A stretch of 64,000 bases of DNA, taken from assembly GCF_021869535.1 (NCBI RefSeq), contig NW_026262695.1:1054001-1118000 (forward strand). The letters run 5' to 3'. Shown piece after piece: positions 1 to 12,709 of the stretch. A program made the translations under genes and the position numbers. The DNA comes from Mytilus californianus. Taxonomy: Eukaryota. Below the pieces are notes generated by a model. The model searched no databases. It saw nothing but the letters and a program-made list of their open reading frames with translations, and had not been told where the DNA came from. The number at the start of each line of letters is the position of its first letter. Position 1 is the first letter of the stretch.

Positions 1-2100
1 CAGTGATATAATTATTTTTTTTCTAGCTTCGATAAACGATCTATAAAATGAAAAGGCGGGTTACTCATCAGTATATTTATACACATTTAACACACACAAA
101 TGTACACAAAAATGACAAGTTGGTTGAATTTACTTGCATGCAATATTTTGAACATCTAAAAAAGACAGGCATTATGTTTGTTAACCATATTAATATCATT
201 ATGTGAAAAATCTACACGAACAACTGTATTTTGGTGACATAAATCAATTTTTATTAAAAATCTGGTCTGTTAATTGGTCGGATGTATAAAACCCGGTCTG
301 TTAATTGGTCTGTTAAGAGTTATGAATGACAATAAAAGTATAATTTGATTGCTATATGGGGTGTTATCGGAACAAATGGGTAGGTTCAAGACGAGTGGCT
401 AAAATATACGGAAACAACACATGAACAATGAAACATAAATTTAGACAATGGAAATTGAAAATTGATAAAAATGGTTTCAAAAAGTGTAATATTAAAGTAA
501 TATTAATTTCATCAAAGAATGGTCGCATATATCATGTGGATTCTGTTTCATTGTTATGAATGACACCAATTTGTCATCTACATAGGTAACCGGTATATGA
601 ATCAGAGATAAACTTCGTAATGTAGGCTAAATAACTTACGATGGAAATACATCATTACTCGAAAAATGAAATTATTATTATGCTTTTGTTGTGATTTCCA
701 GGAATATAAAAAACTTTCTTTGTTACACATTTTAAAAATCAGCACCCAACACAAATATTGAAAAAAACAAACTTACTAATGTCAATTTCTTGTTTAGAAC
801 CACGTCTTTCCAACGATTAGAAAACAACGGTCATATTCCGTACTTGGTACAGACATTTCTTTAGGCAGAAAGTGACAATGATGACTTGGAAGAAAAGACA
901 ATGCATACCGGAAAAGGCATGGAATTTAACCAGCTGCATGGCAACACATGACAGATTCATAGATGTTGCAGACTTTGAACAGACAAAAAAAATAAGGCTG
1001 ATTGATAACTTGGCGTAAATAATAAATTCATGCTTATTCCATCGGCCAATCATTCCATATCACGCTATATTGAAGTGACACACCCTTCAATAAAATGCAA
1101 AGTAATAAAAATAAAATAAAAATGCTCTTACTATAAGGATACTGTTGCAGCGTTTTGCCATTTTTTTTTTACAAGTACATCTCATTTCTAACTTTTTCAA
1201 TGGGAAAATATAAAGGTAGCAAAACTATTGCCGTGGCTAAATAACTCTTAACTGACACGATTTAAATTGTCCAACCCATTAAAAGACTTTATTCCCCTAA
1301 TATTCATTTAAATGTGGTATTACTCAAGTTATATTACAATTAAAAAATATTTCTCAATGTCAATATATTTTTTAGAACCAAAGTACTATTTTGTGTCCTT
1401 TAAATGATATCTAAAAATGTTTTTTTTTCGCCTTTTATCAAAAAAATTGCTATGCGTATAAACATAAAAACCACATACTTGCGCGACGCCTTTTAGTTCT
1501 ACTGAAAACTGCGCAGGCTATGAAATTATTTTACAGGTGGAAAATGTTCTATGATAGAAATCATTTTGTCAGACACTTTTCTTTTTTTTGATTTGGTTCT
1601 CATAATATGCCAAAAATCTGTATATTTAACAGAGTTTAACATTAAATTGTGCGTTTTACTCTTAACAGACGTATAACCGACCCGATTAACAGACCAACCG
1701 CCCATATAGCCGCATACTCAATATAGATTAACCGACCAATCTCTCGGTGAGCCGAGTGTCGGCCGTGTTATAGAATGATATAATGTTTCGTGTAAAAAAA
1801 AGGTGTATCATGTTGCTACTACAAACAAAAGTCTAACGTTCTATTAATAGTTTTCATTTCCTACTGACTATATATTTTTGTCAAAATATAATTAAATTGT
1901 TCACAAGTATACATATAGACAAAGCACATAAGCATGTAGGATTCCAGACATGCGCATTGCTTTCGTTTTTATATTTATTAAATGATATTTGCGAGTTTAA
2001 ATATATTTGTTGGTCGGACAATTGGAAGCTAATGTACCTTTAAAAGTATTAGTATTGTAACAGTTCAATCATCTATGAATATATTTTTTATTTATTGCGG

Positions 2101-2392
2101 GGGGAAAAGAAGTAATTTGCGAAAACTAAAAAAAAAAACATTGTCATGTTCATCAAACAAAGTAATCAAGATACAGCAGGCAACGTATGGTAGATCTAAT
2201 AGAAGAACGTGCAAACATTTATATTTAAAAACAACTCGTTGTTCTACGAAGAAACCCCTTGGCATCACAAGGAGGAATTGTAATGGGCGAAAATCGTGCT
2301 GTTGCTGCAAATAACGGGTTGTATGGTGATCCTTGTCCTCGGACATACAAATACGTCTTTGCAAATCACTCATGAACAATGATTAAGATATA
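2101..2392 (+). pseudogene. Dead SUEL (galactose/rhamnose-binding) lectin exon of gene 1
   Basis: Pieced across two frameshifts it reads KEVICE..TLSCSSNKVIKIQQATYGRSNRRTC..TTRCS..RRNCNGRKSC/VAANNGLYGDPCPRTYKYV, homologous to the intact exon at 19733. The acceptor reads ttgcGG rather than ttgcAG at 2099-2100, and the last Cys position is TGA. Confidence 0.85.
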
Positions 2393-4385
2393 GTAAGACT
2401 TACAACCCAATTATAATATTCCGTGTATGCAATTACATAAAAACCCCATTAGTCTACTGTAGATTTCATTTTTTTTTTTAATGCTAGCAATTTACCCTTC
2501 CGGATCACCTGAGATCACCCCCAGTTTTTGGTGGGGTTCGTGTTGCTTAGTCTTTAGTTTTCTATGCTGTGTCATCTGTACTAATATTTGTCTGTTTGTC
2601 TTTTTATTTTTGGCCATGGCGTTGTCAGTTTGTTTTCGATCTATGAGTTTGACTGTCCCTCTGGTATCTTTCGCCCCTCTTTTAAGTGGATTGTAAGAAA
2701 AAAATTTGTTTGTAGAGCTGAACTTATTGCTTTTTAAATTTTCGTTTTGTGGAATTATTCATTTTGTGCTTATTTTTACCCACCAATTCATAACAAAATA
2801 TAATCCCACGTTAACAAATGAGTGCATAGTATACATTTCAATGCACTTAGTATATCCAACATTCATCCGCGCCATATGTCCAATTGTATACATTACGCAT
2901 AATAAAATTATTCGTAATATTTCTTCTGAAGCGTTTTTTAGTGTTTTTTTTTCTATTTAAAATAGTCCAAAATAACTTACTTTCTGTCATCTTATTCTAA
3001 CTGCTTCTGAAAATCTGAAAATACATCAATCTTTAAGTTAATAATTTGTCTGGTTACTGATATGCTTAACATGACATGAAGAGGATTAAAACCACTTATT
3101 CACAACCCTATTGCTTTTCATGTTAAATTCTGCATTATCAAGCATTCATAGCTATTTTGTCGTAAATTCAAATAAAGTGATAGTCATTTCATGTTAAAAC
3201 AATACCTTATCCTGACTTGTGCTAAAAAAATCAACATACCTGTCATTGTATATTTGAGCGTACTGGTTCTCGAAAGTTTGGTAGTACAAAAAACAAGTAC
3301 TTCTGATCTGAACAACTGGCAAATATGTCCTCCTATTCAATGATATAATATAAATATTTTATTATTATTCATAAGTGAAAATTTCACCATGAGTTTTAAA
3401 GTAATTCAAAGACCTTTAGCTATTATTATATATATCAAAATTACCCAAATATTGTACTTATTGAGAAAGTACACGAGTAGGAACTATTGTTTTTTAAATA
3501 TGTACTACTTTTTGGTATGTTCTCTCAGACAGAGCCCGAATTGGTGGTTCGATAACCAGATTACAGCTCCTTTCAGTATTGTTTGCACTTATCTAAGAGC
3601 CGTATGAATTCAAAACTGAAAAAAACTCCTACTGACAAGGGCGTCTTTTTAGCCTTGCAAATTGTTTAAATAAGAAGCCACGTCTACCGGAAGTTAATAA
3701 CCGTTATTGACTGGGTTTGAAGCCAACAACCGTTTTGCTTGGCCCAAACAAAGAAATAAGCCAAAAATACGAATAATGAAGGTGGCAGTTCAAACTGAAG
3801 GTCAATTGCAAACAAAAGACAGTTTGCTAAACACTTATAAATAGACGGGATTATCGTTCATCAGCTGTTTTATTTGACCCGAAAACTAAATAGATGCTTG
3901 AAACCGAAGGCTGACGACACCATTTTCAGTTGGAATATCAAACGCCAACTATTAACCGAGTATCACGTCTATCACTGTTTAAATTTGCCACCAAACTATA
4001 AATTGTCTATGAGACTTTTTGGAAACTAAACACAGTCAAAATATGAAGTTTTCTACATATTGTGAATAAATGCTTACTGAATAACTAATCTTAAATTAAA
4101 TTATTTTTTTCTATATTTCTATTCGTGGATAAGTTATTTCTTTTCTTTACATTGACCACTGACTTTTAAATAGGAATAACACAGAACATGCAAGGAACTT
4201 TATCTTTTCCAACGCTTTTTACAAAGTCATCGACAATGTGTTAACTAAACCAATTGTGTGTTATATTAGAGGAGAGAAATTGTTTTTTAGTGGGAAAACA
4301 TGGTATTAGGTATTACCATTAAATATGTCCTTGTCTAGGGAGATAGCCATACTCGCTTAACACGAAAGAACCCTTGCAACACCTT

Positions 4386-4421
<36 letters not shown>

Positions 4422-4751
4422 AGTCCATAAGTGGTTAGTTGTAATGCAAATTTCTGTTCCTATACAACGTATATGTACCCTTGTATAACATTGTCAGTCA
4501 TTTGCGATCTTTATTCCGGTCGAACACTTTGCAGAGCTACCCTGTAGACCTTGACGTCCAATAGCATAAAATAATATGTCACTGGCAAATAACAAAACAA
4601 CAAAAATCTAGTATTTCTTTGAGTTCATCTCTGCATTGTTGAACCGAGAAGTATGCTGCATAATCTTTAGTTGCAATTTGGATGTCTTTCTATATGAATT
4701 GGATTTTGAATAAAACAACTTATATACATATATGGAGTTATTTTCTTTCAG

Positions 4752-4808
4752 AACGAAAAGTCATTCTTTTGAAGAAACAACCTGGGCGATACCAAGTTTC
4801 AATGAAAG
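4752..4808 (+). CDS. Candidate phase 1-1 linker exon of gene 1 (ERKVILLKKQPGRYQVSMK)
   Basis: Good acceptor ttttctttcag, 57 nt open in phase 1, weak donor aag|gttact. No recognisable domain. Confidence 0.3.
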
Positions 4809-5491
4809 GTTACTAAAACATTTAATCCGCGTGTTGTTGCCAATTGTGTTTTATTGTACAATTTTCTATCTTTAACACTTTTTTACATTTAGACAGAAAT
4901 AATTATTTAATTTGTGTATTAGGCTGAATCAAATACCCTTTACTCTATTAAATGACAAAATATTCCTAGTTTCTATAGGGGAACAGCCACGTTCTTTAAA
5001 AAAGGAGGGGGGGGGGGGGCTATAATATGTCATTCTGATTCTCAACTTTTGAAGATAAAATGTATTGCCAGACAAAAGGAGAGAAAACAATTCTTCTGAA
5101 AAGTTCGTTAAAAATTGTTGAAAAATAATCTGCTTTTCCGCGATAAAAATGTATTTAAACAAGAGAAATAACAAGGCACCCCTTTTATATAGAGTATACG
5201 ATAATAACTTACAAAGTGACTTGCATTTGTATACCTCTTAAGAATTCAGTTGCTTCTAGCTTCATGCAATTACTATATCATTTATATTGTAACTGGACAG
5301 TGATTTCTAATATTTATACATATATCTAGATTAATAAGGTGAATGTTATTTTACATTAAAAATGAACCGTAGGGCGCTGTTATACCTTAACGTTTAAGAA
5401 AAGAATATCTCACTTCAATGTGATCGGTAAAATAGGATACAACTCCTGGAAATCTTTGCAGAAAAAAATAGTTTTTGACAGAATATAAGTC

Positions 5492-5650
5492 AGATCAAGC
5501 ATACTTTAAGGTGTTTCTTGTTGTATAACACACATCGTGGTGTTAGGATTGCACAAAGAAAGATCTCCCTCCGGCTGGTCTTTCCTTTGATCAATCCTGA
5601 CAACCCGAGGTCTGTTATACAACAAGAAACACATTACAATATGCTTTATC
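5492..5650. mobile_element. Short fold-back MITE-like inverted repeat
   Basis: gtgtttcttgttgtataac (5511) is the reverse complement of gttatacaacaagaaacac (ending 5632); imperfect complementarity extends both inward and outward. Confidence 0.6.
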
Positions 5651-6127
5651 TATAACATATTCATCTTTCTTTACGTCACTTGCTTTTACAGGTATTATAA
5701 TGGTAAAATGTTTGATATACAATTACTTTTGATAAATAATCATTTAATACATTTTTATCTCTTTCGGAATATCATGAATATGGAAAAAAACAATAAGTCT
5801 TTTGGTTCGGTGAATTTTTGGCCTAATTGACTTTTGAAAAACTGGTTGTTGGCCTCAGTGCATATCAGCTTTTAAAAAGTCAACAAAAACCACATATCTA
5901 CCCTATCAAAAGATATTACTGTATAATATTAAACTAGTGACCGAATAGTACTGATAACAATCGTGTGCGCTACGCGCATTTATGACTAAATGTAATGTTG
6001 GATCAATCGTTGAATATTTTTCATTAATTCAATTTTTTATTAATTATTTTGTAAATATTTATCAATGTCAGCCATGAAACGACAACAATTACAATACCCA
6101 TTGTTCGTACAATTGTCCATTTTGCCG

Positions 6128-6243
6128 GCATTACACGCAAGTGCTCGAGAAATGTCATTAACAAACTAAGTGTATAAATGGAAAATGCGTATGTAAATCA
6201 AGATACCAAGGTGACGGAGTTAGATCTTGTAAAAACAAGAAAG
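6128..6243 (+). pseudogene. Dead EGF-like exon of gene 1
   Basis: GITRKCSR/KCH*QTKCINGKCVCKSRYQGDGVRSCKNKK. Acceptor ttttgcCG, a -1 frameshift and an in-frame TAA; the donor g|gtatg is intact. Confidence 0.8.
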
Positions 6244-6544
6244 GTATGCATTTTAATAGTATATATTTTTATGACAAACATGTTTTTACTAATTAATAAC
6301 TTATTTACCGATTTTTTTTAGTTTTCTATGTTGTGTTATGTCTACTGTTGTGTTCTTTTTGATCGTTTTTGCGTATTTTTGCCATGGCATTGCCAGTTTG
6401 ATTTCGACTTATGAATTTGAATAGCTTTGGTATCTTTTGTCTCTCTTTTATTCATTATGACTGACTAAAATCAGCAGTTAAAACCTGTTGTCGAGGCGAT
6501 TTTAAAACATCAAAATCGGAATAAAACGATAACGTTTCTCAGTG

Positions 6545-6640
6545 TCAACAAAGAAATTACAACGAATACAGTACATCGTTGTTTGTAAAGAGCTAAGTGT
6601 ATAAAACGTTAATGTGACGAAGTAAGATGTTGTACACAAG
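6545..6640 (+). pseudogene. Highly decayed EGF-like exon remnant
   Basis: RAKCIKR*C..DEVRCC resembles the flanking EGF exons (TKCINGKC..GDGVRSC). Confidence 0.4.
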
Positions 6641-6806
6641 TCAAATTTATGTACTATTTTATTATATCATTTAATGGTTTTTTTTACCAAAGAAGTTGTC
6701 GAGCTTCTTTAACTTCAGAGTCAGAATAAAACAAAAACGTTTCTTGCTGACAACACAGAAAGAACAAGTGTATAACCTCGTTAATTGTAAAAATTATAAA
6801 ATTTAG

Positions 6807-6917
6807 GCAAGACATCTAAGTGCATGGGTAAATAGCATGGTAGAGCTCAGTACATAAATCGAAAATGCGTGTGTGCAGCAGGATACCAAGGAGACGTAGT
6901 AAGATCTTGTATAAAAG
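6807..6917 (+). pseudogene. EGF-like exon with a nonsense codon
   Basis: tttag|GKTSKCMGK*HGRAQYINRKCVCAAGYQGDVVRSCIK|gtaac. TAG at 6833 replaces a Cys, a second Cys is Tyr, and the splice sites are intact (phase 1-1, 111 nt). Confidence 0.8.
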
Positions 6918-7314
6918 GTAACGGTATATATCATTCAAGTTCATGCTTAACATGTTTTGTATTCCCTTTTCCATTAGGACTAACTAATTTATCGAAAAAA
7001 CTAGATGTCGAGTGGATCGTTGAAATATATGGTAAAAATTAATGGATTCCGCTTAAGCCGATGCTTGGGGCCGTCTTAAACTTTCAGTGAGGTGAGACTT
7101 TGTTTGCTTCATTTTGAAGGTCTCACTGTGACTTTGAGATGAAGAACAGAAACAAAAGCGCTTTTCCTTTGCTTTTTGTGTGCTTTTTGCTGTACTGATT
7201 TTGTGTCATGGATGTATACTCCAAATCATTTGTTTTTCTATTAGATATTAATCCTTCTCAGAAATAAAGTTACAAGAATTATAACTTATAATTCAATTAT
7301 TTTCCATTTTGCAG

Positions 7315-7323
7315 ACAAGATAC
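7315..7323 (+). CDS. 9-nt microexon (ACAAGATAC) of gene 1
   Basis: Strong acceptor ttttccattttgcag directly followed by 9 nt and the consensus donor gtaagt; phase 1-1, compatible with neighbouring exons (D-K-I-P). Confidence 0.55.
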
Positions 7324-8194
7324 GTAAGTACAAATGAAGCCAAACCACAATTTATAGCAAATTGAGTATATATAATATAATATAATATAATATAATATAG
7401 ACGACATCGTGAAATTCGTAAATAGCCAAGCCCTTCCCGAGGAGAATTAATAGAAAATTACTCCATCGTGACCTTTGCTAGTCATCATTGATCCCATGGA
7501 TATCCAATTTAAATGTCACAATATCAAATCACATTACTTTTGAGGTATCACTTAATCGTATAAACTCCCATTCAGTGTGATACGAGATATATCTCTTCAT
7601 TTGTGAGATAAATAACAGGCCAAAAACCATTAGGACAATGTAGTTAATTTAATATCAAGTAGTTTTCGTTATAGATACCAAATGTTTTATTTTCTTACAA
7701 TTATCCATATGCACTGGAATTTTGCATGTTATTGTTCATTGTTTATATGCAAGATGTCTGTATATATATATATATTTACAAATTTAGATCGTTCAGTGCT
7801 GTTTATTTGGAATTCTTATTGACGCAATCGTTCTTGTAACATCATAACTGTCGTCACCGTTAAAGCTTTAGAATTGTGCTAGTTCATATCGCACATTATT
7901 ATTTTTATTTAAAGCATATATTTGAACTCTCTGTTGTAATTAGTCATATAACCTATGTCGTGTTTAACACATATTTAGAATTGTGCAAGCGTCTTACCTG
8001 ATGTTCGGTTTGACATTTTTATTGTATAAATTTCAAGATTTGTATAGTTTAATCTAAGTAGACTGATATATGATTCATTCAACATCACAATCATATTTAC
8101 TGATGAAGGATATCTGTTATCCGAAATATTTATAAATAATTACATTTATAGTTCCTTTTTTTGTTATTGGTGTTGTTGTGTACACTTTTTAGGC

Positions 8195-8225
<31 letters not shown>

Positions 8226-8504
8226 AGAAGATGTGATATGATTGCCAATGAGACAACTCTTTAAAATAGAAAAAATGCACAGGAATTGACAATTATAGTT
8301 CACCGTACGGCCTTCAACAATGAGTAAAACCCATATCGCATAGTCAGCTATAAAAGGCCCTTGAAATAACAAATGTAAAACAATCCAAACGAGAAAAGTA
8401 ATGGGCTGATGTTGATTTCACCAGTAATAAAAACTAACTTAACCAGTATTTTGCTTAAGTAATATAAAGAAAAAAATACTTCAAGAAACGGATATATTTT
8501 TCAG

Positions 8505-8669
8505 CTTCAAGTAAATGGAAATGCTATCATTATACATTCGCAAACAAATTTGCAATGATAAAATTTGGAGAAAAATCGATATGTGAAAAACATGGTCGGA
8601 GGTTCACAGAAGGCATAAATAAAAACTATCCAGGTTGTGGAACTTGCTGGTGCTGTCAGAAGCCAAAAG
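8505..8669 (+). CDS. Gene 1 exon: unassigned Cys-rich module (KWKCYHY..SICEKHGRRFTEG..YPGCGTCWCCQK)
   Basis: tttttcag acceptor, g|gtaaaa donor, 165 nt open, phase 1-1, 6 Cys. Confidence 0.8.
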
Positions 8670-10163
8670 GTAAAACATTGTTAAAACAATAAAGACAAAT
8701 TTTAAATCATTTGGGATATTTTACCTATATAATTTCGTCAAAGGTAACTTGTGGTATTTTATTAACATCCGTTGGCCTCAGGACAATTATTAGACATAAG
8801 AAGATGTGGTAATAGTGCCAATGAGACAACTCTCCATCTAAGTCAAAATTTATAAAAGTAAACCATTATAGGTCACAGTACGGTCTTCAACACGGAGCCT
8901 TGGCTCACACCGAACAGTAAGATATAAAGGGCCCCAAAAAATTACTAGTGTAAAACCATTCAAACGGGAAAACCAACGGTCTAATCTATATTAAAAACGA
9001 CAAACGAGAAACACTTATGAACCACATCAGCAAACGACAACTACTGAACATCAGATTCCTTATGTTCATTTATGGTAGGTGATCTGTTATATTACCTTTC
9101 AGTTTTGTAAGAATCCTACTGAGCACCGCCGTCTTTGCTTATTTTATTATTCAAACGGTATCGTATGTTTTTTTCTTTTGAAATTGCATATATAAGCCAA
9201 CATTAAGAGCTGTCATAAGTCTTGGTCTAATTCCGGCTACAATGATTTTATATCATTCTAAGCTATAATTAAAATATATACTATAAAAATCCACTAATTC
9301 CAGACAAAAAACTGACAGCACAATGGCAGAAATCAGAATAACGACAAAAAAAAACAAAAAAACATAGGACAGTTTTGAAAAAAAAAGATTTTGTTTCCAT
9401 TCAGGTGGATTTAATATCGAATCAAATCTGGTTATGGATGTGAAATCTTCAATATGTACAAGTACCGATGTTTTATTCAGGACTAGTTTTACTACAGGTT
9501 AAAATAGGCCATAACCTCGATCTAGACGAGATAATTTGACAATATCATCGCTTCAAACGAAAGTTCACAAAACACTATACAGAAAACTAAAATAAAAGTT
9601 GAGAAACGCGAAACTCACCAAAACACACAGTGGTCTCTGGTGCTCCGGAAATGTTAGCAGATCATGTTCTACCATTGACACACGTCGTGTTACGCCTACA
9701 AATTACATTGATATGTTATAGTGATAAGGGATCACGCAATAACGGACTGGTAATTGACTCTTAACTAAGGTTTTCTCAAGCTTTTAGGCTCGATAGATGC
9801 ACATGTTTTGACAGTATTTCCAAAAATATTTTAGAGTTTACAGTATACACTGATGAAAGTATACCAGTTCTACTTATGGCTGTTGGAAAAGTTCGATATA
9901 AAACAAAATTGTGACCTTTTTCAGTTTTTTGATAAGTTGAAATTCAACGTCATAATTTTGTAAAAGTGGTTCTTTTAGCAACTAGACTTAGATTAGCCAA
10001 GAAACACCTACAAATCGACTAATATCAACAGTTACCGCTAGTATCTCAAAATTTAAACACTTAATACTAAATGGGAGTTGAATTCGTGTTGTCTAGCTTA
10101 AAGATTTTTTTGTAGCTTTTTTAATGAAATTTGTCATGCCATTTTGTATGTAAATTTTCTAAG

Positions 10164-10359
10164 CTGTCAAAAGAAAATCCAAACGCCAAATAGGTATAAA
10201 TATAAACTACTCTCAGATTATGGCATCAATGTAGATAATCCTAAAAGATTTAGTATCAAGTTTAAAATAATGGCTAGCAATGATGCCCATTTGGCTTTGA
10301 TATCTTTCAATAATGAGAACAAGCCTTTGTATGAGTTAGTATTATGTGGTTGGACTAAC
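10164..10359 (+). pseudogene. Disrupted farnesoic-acid O-methyltransferase-like (Methyltransf_FA) domain exon
   Basis: IQTPNRYKY..FSIKFKIMASNDAHLAL..PLYELVLCGWTN matches the TPxxYxY / FxVxAxNDAHIAL / YEIVIGGWxN pattern. Similarity stops after GWTN, where a repeat insertion (about 10389-10620) follows. Confidence 0.65.
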
Positions 10360-11444
10360 TATCTCCTTCAAAACCAATATGACACTTTCAGGGGGGGTCC
10401 GGATTGGGTTAACAGAGTGGAGAATAGTGTGAAAAATGTGCGGAATAAATGGCAAAATACATAAACAATACAGACAAATAGGGCAAACAAAAAAAGAATA
10501 GGAAATAATGGTGTGCTAAAATATAAAGAATAGAGAATAATGGGCAGAAAATTAAAAAAAATACAGACAAACCTAAAAAATTAAAGAAAACAGAAATGAC
10601 GGACCCCCATCTAAACCCTCATTTAGTTGTTACGATATACAGAAGCTTGGTTTTCCTATTATGCTTTCTTCGATAAAGGTTTGATGTGTAATCTTTAATT
10701 TTCTTTGTAGAGGTTTGAAGACTTGAATGTCTTTTGTATTGGAGGGGAGCATGCTGTTTTCTGTTTTGTTTCTATTAGTGCGATTTGGCCGTCTTCTATG
10801 CCTCTTTTTTTCTACTGACGTAAATTACATTTATATCTTAATAAAAGAGGGACGAAATATACAAGAGGGACAGTCAAATTGATTGGATGTAAAATTAGTG
10901 AGGAATTGTTTAAGGATATGTGGTTTTGCTGTAAAACATCTCTGCGTCCTTTTTTAAACATTTAACTATGAAAATTTCTTTTTTCTTCCACATTATTATT
11001 TCTTTTTGGCGTCTATTATGAATAATTAAAAACTATTTTTTACTCCCTACTATATTTATAATTAAGTAAGCAGTGCATGACATCGCTTAATAAAACTCTT
11101 GACTCTATTTATTTATTTATTTACACTTATCCTTTATGATATAGCCTCCAATATTATCAGAGCCATAAACTTTAGATTACACATAGTCAGGGATCATTTT
11201 TAACATCTATTAAATCTATACCATCCCATTAGTTGAAATGACGTGGATGATAAGAACTAGAAGTCTTCGTACGACCTTCATCAATAAACAAAAACTTTAC
11301 TGTATAGTAAGCTATTCAAGCAAGTTCGGTAGCCCCCTTCTTCATCTGTGAGTGGTGTTTCAATTCAATTTCTAAAAGTCAACAACAATTGAATGGACTA
11401 ACTTATTTGATAATAAATAAATAAAAGTGTGTTTGTCTATGCAG

Positions 11445-11552
11445 GCAAACCAAGTAATTGCAAGGGGAAATGTCACAAAAATGGTAAATGCAAAAGAGGA
11501 AGATGTAGATGTAAAATAGGATACACAGGAGATGGCATTAACGTTTGTTCCA
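11445..11552 (+). CDS. Gene 1 exon: EGF-like domain
   Basis: tatgcag|GKPSNCKGKCHKNGKCKRGRCRCKIGYTGDGINVCS|gtaagt, 108 nt, phase 1-1. Confidence 0.9.
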
Positions 11553-12709
11553 GTAAGTACCACTTACAAAAATAAAAAAGGGCATCATGTAATGTATATT
11601 TCAGCTAAAGGTATTTTTAATTTGAAAAACAAACTTGTCCACATCTGAGGATCAATTTCATTATATTGGACCATAGGCGATAGTGTGGTGTATTAAATGC
11701 AGCATCTTTCAATTTGTATTTGACTTAAACCAAAGGTTGCAAGATTTTAAAAATATAGCTGATTTGGTTTGATGGCTTATAAAAGACAGAACAGTTGTGA
11801 TTCAACACACCTTCGGGTTATGGTTCTATTCTTCGCATTTATTACATAACGTGGCTTTAATCTCTAATTATATGAACATTTCAATTGCTCTTACTTTTTT
11901 TTGTGTATTCAAAGGTTGATGTATTAACCAATTGTTGTTACTTTTGTCACTTCCTCTGAAGTGTTTTTGTCATAAGAGTTACCACACATGGTTGGAAAAC
12001 ATCTAAGCGTTTACGCCATCGTTTAAACTTGATACACCATCAGTCTACCTCCTAAGGTTTAGATTTCATTTGTTTTGTGTCATGGCAACAATAGTCAGCT
12101 TATTTCCACGTTTCGTTTGATTAACATCTATTTCGAACAAAAAGTTTTAGTGTTCGTTTTTTACTTAATACTTTATAATTCTTGGTTTAAAACAGATCAT
12201 TTGACGGCGGTGAAAATTAAGCATGATGAAGTGCTGAGTACGAGAAAGAAAGATAATTGATAATTGATAATAACTTTTAGTAGAGAATTTGCATACACAT
12301 ATAGTACAGGTTACAAAGACTCTTTTGGGAGGTTTGTCCAGCCACAAAACCAGGTTCAACCCACCATTTTTTTCTTAAAATGTCCTGTACTAAGTCAGGA
12401 AAATGGCAATTGAAATATTATAGTTCGTTTGTGTGTGTGTTACATTTTAATGTTGTGTTTCTGTTGTGTCGTAGTTCTCCTCTTATATTTGATGTGTTTC
12501 CCTCAGTTTTAGTTTGTAACCCGGATTTGTTTTTTTCTCAATAGATTTGTGAATTTCGAAAAGCGGTATACTACTGTTGCCTTTATTTAAATTTAGTTTC
12601 GTTATTAATGTTAATTTTTTCAACGTCATTCTAACAGCTGTATGATAATATGCAGATATGTTGTTTCTTTCAATGAACTTGATATGTTTTGTATATTCTC
12701 TATCGCCAG

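Noticed and set aside
2481-2696. Hydrophobic membrane-like ORFs at 2481, 49552, 49569, 51403, 62686 and 62711, and their antisense partners
   Set aside because: All are translations of the same retroelement 3' tail repeat.
9405-9497. Open 93-nt phase 1-1 candidate exon (GFNIESNLVMDVKSSICTS...)
   Set aside because: The acceptor is good but the donor (gttaaa) is weak and there is no domain similarity, so it cannot be supported without transcripts.
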